61,059 nucleotides of DNA from Craspedostauros australis (Eukaryota): the NCBI GenBank assembly GCA_030167865.1, contig JALAGF010005986.1, positions 1 through 61,059 of the forward strand. The letters are read 5' to 3'. Below the pieces are notes generated by a model. That model had not been told where the DNA came from, made no database searches, and saw only the letters and a program-made list of their open reading frames with translations. Of the stretch, positions 58,873-61,059 are shown one piece after another. Positions within the stretch are counted from its first letter, which is position 1, and each line of letters begins with the position of its first letter. A program made the position numbers and the translations under genes.

Positions 58873-59113
58873 CTCAAGAATTTATCGAACTATTTAACGG
58901 ACTTTTGGTCGAATATAACGGACATTTGGATCGTGAAGAAACAGACAAAACTACTTCGCACGGAGTGACGCAAGCCAACCCAAACCACAAGAACAGATCA
59001 GCGAAACAAGACAACAAGCCAGCTTTGCACTGAAGTATGGCATCATGCCAATGCAAATGCCTGGTTCTATTGCAATACATGTGTTGTTCTTATTAATGTT
59101 TTGTGGTATGACA

Positions 59114-60050
59114 TCAAATCTCGAAGAGTTCTGCTCCATCATCCTGATGGTATTGCACAATGACACAAATGGCTTCAGACACATGCTTCTGCTTTTCTGT
59201 GCCATGCAAAAAGTGATCTCCAGCACGCTGAAGAACTCCAGTCTCTCATTGAAGGTCTCATGNNNNNNNNNNNNNNNNNNNNNNNNNNNNNNNNNNNNNN
59301 NNNNNNNNNNNNAACCGTGCTCTGCTCTTGAAGTTTTCAAGTTCTGGCCCATCGATCTCATTTGGTGTTCACATCATTTTCTTTTTCATACGACTCATCC
59401 TGTGCCCACGATCAGCAATGATGACTTTTCCACCTGTGATCTGATGCAACAATCCTTCACAACAAATAGTCAAGTCATGTTTACCTCCTTGGTGGAGCCC
59501 GTGGATCCAAACACACTTTAAGTGGTACACAGTGATTGCGATCTTGTATTTGAGAGCACCATGGTTGAACTTCTTTGAGCTCCATGCCAGATCTGTGTTG
59601 AGTTTTGAGTGTTTCTGCTCCCATGCATGAAAATCTGTGCTATCAACTGTGGCAATGAAAGCTGTTCCCTCTGGATCATTCAATGAGCTTGGCCAAACAA
59701 TCATGCCAGCTTTCATTGCTGCAATCATTTTGATCCAGCACCATAGATGGTTCCATATTGCATGCTATCAACATATCCCATATGCTGCAGCAAGGATGCT
59801 GGCATTCTTTAGATAGGTCCATAGAAAGCATAGAACTGCAAGGAACATTCAGAAGCCTCTTCCAGTGTTGTCATATTGTGATATTTTTGCTGCGGAAGTA
59901 GTGGTTGTGTGCATGTCATCCCAAATACCTGAAATAGTTTCCAGCCAAGATGCATAGTGAGATCGGAACATGGTATTTCTTTGATCCATTGTCATGTCAA
60001 GAAACAAAGGGCAAATACCAGTTCAGCAATAAAACCTTGTTCCAGGACAC
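59114..60050 (-). mobile_element. degenerate PIF/Harbinger (IS5-like, DDE_Tnp_4-type) transposase pseudogene
   Basis: Across frameshifts, stops and N-gaps: FLAVLCFLWTY..LWCWIKMI..IVWP..VDSTDF..SKKFNHGALKYKIA..VWIHG..GGKHD..IIADRG..HETFNERL..AICVIVQY..LFEI*. Confidence 0.82.
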
Positions 60051-60149
60051 NNNNNNNNNNNNNNNNNNNNNNNNNNNNNNNNNNNNNNNNNNNNNNNNNN
60101 NNNNNNNNNNNNNNNNNNNNNNNNNNNNNNNNNNNNNNNNNNNNNNNNT

Positions 60150-61059
60150 CTCCATTAGGTGTGAAATTGCCAATATGTTTGGTGCATTATGGTTGATCTT
60201 CCCTACTTGAGGATTTGTCAACATCATCGCTGTGTTCTTGGTTGTGAGATTGATGCTGTTGCAATGTGCAAGCGCTGAGTCAAGAGAAAAGAAGTTTCAA
60301 CATAGAAAGTCTGTGTCAGAAATATTCATTCTTGAGGGCATTTTCCACAGGACTCCAATNNNNNNNNNNNNNNNNNNNNNNNNNNNNNNNNNNNNNNNNN
60401 NNNNNNNNNNNNNNNNNNNNNNNNNNNNNNNNNNNNNNNNNNNNNNNNNNNNNNNNNNNNNNNNNNNNNNNNNNNNNNNNNNNNNNNNNNNNNNNNNNNN
60501 NNNNNNNNAGACATTGATGATGCTGTTCCTGTGGCTGCTTACCTTGAGGCAGGCACTGTCATCATGACAAGAAAGGGCAAGAACGAATGAAGTTTGATTT
60601 GTGAGCTTTCTCTCTCTGCATTCTGTTGTCCTCACTTTGGTTGTATCACTGTCTTGTCATTGTGTTCTATGTTTGCTGCAGGTACTTGGCAACTCGGTCT
60701 GTTCTTTGTCTATTCTTGGCACAACACATCAAGTAGTCCAATCAGAGAATGCTTCTTGCTGCTCCTGCATCCGTGGATGGACAAGCTTGCATTTTTGCAA
60801 CAGTTCGTTCTTCTCGAATGTTTGGGGCAAGCTCTCTCATTTTATCTCTCAGGAACTCAGACAGCCAGGCATCATGCCAAGCTCAAAGAATTGCACAGAA
60901 GCCAAATCCTGAGTGAAATCATTGTTGTTCCACAGAATCAACAAGAAAGGAGTGGTCAAGACATAGCACAAACATCACAGCATACTCCAAACATCCCCAC
61001 AATGTCAAGAAGAGAGGGTTGTATCAAGTGAAAGGCTAGCAAAGCAAAATTCATCATTC
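60150..61059. mobile_element. CpG-depleted degenerate sequence, probably remainder of the transposon (possible second ORF)
   Basis: Contiguous with the transposase remnant, TG/CA-rich, interrupted by N-gaps; the minus-strand frame is protein-like but broken by TGA stops. Confidence 0.4.

Overview
Eukaryotic nuclear DNA, most probably from a pennate diatom. This is an inference from bipartite signal+ASAF-type plastid presequences, a DUF6824/CRAL-TRIO protein, diatom-type cyclophilin-like and SEA-like proteins and short GT-AG introns. The window holds about 19 protein genes: a metallophosphoesterase, a rhomboid protease, a 3-exon CTL/SLC44 transporter, a CCB2/CCB4-like plastid factor, a mucin-like PT-repeat type I membrane protein, two paralogous membrane-anchored cyclophilin-like proteins, sulfotransferase-like and SGNH-like type II membrane proteins, a 3-exon HECT E3 ligase, DUF924, a CRAL-TRIO+DUF6824 protein, a 2OG-Fe(II) oxygenase+TPR, a TPR-like protein, an EF-hand/nitroreductase fusion, an SLC34 Na+/Pi cotransporter whose first coding exon is only ATG, an ankyrin gene with a damaged 5' end, and one low-complexity hypothetical gene. 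The right end holds a decayed PIF/Harbinger-like DDE transposon and a CCGGACA repeat array. No rRNA, tRNA or CRISPR array was seen. Best leads: (i) the plastid-targeted EF-hand-nitroreductase, (ii) the pair of type II membrane pseudo-cyclophilins, (iii) a possible surface-glycoprotein build/modify/shed gene set, and (iv) the HECT ligase with an unfamiliar triple N-terminal repeat. All family calls come from reading motifs by eye; no database search was run.
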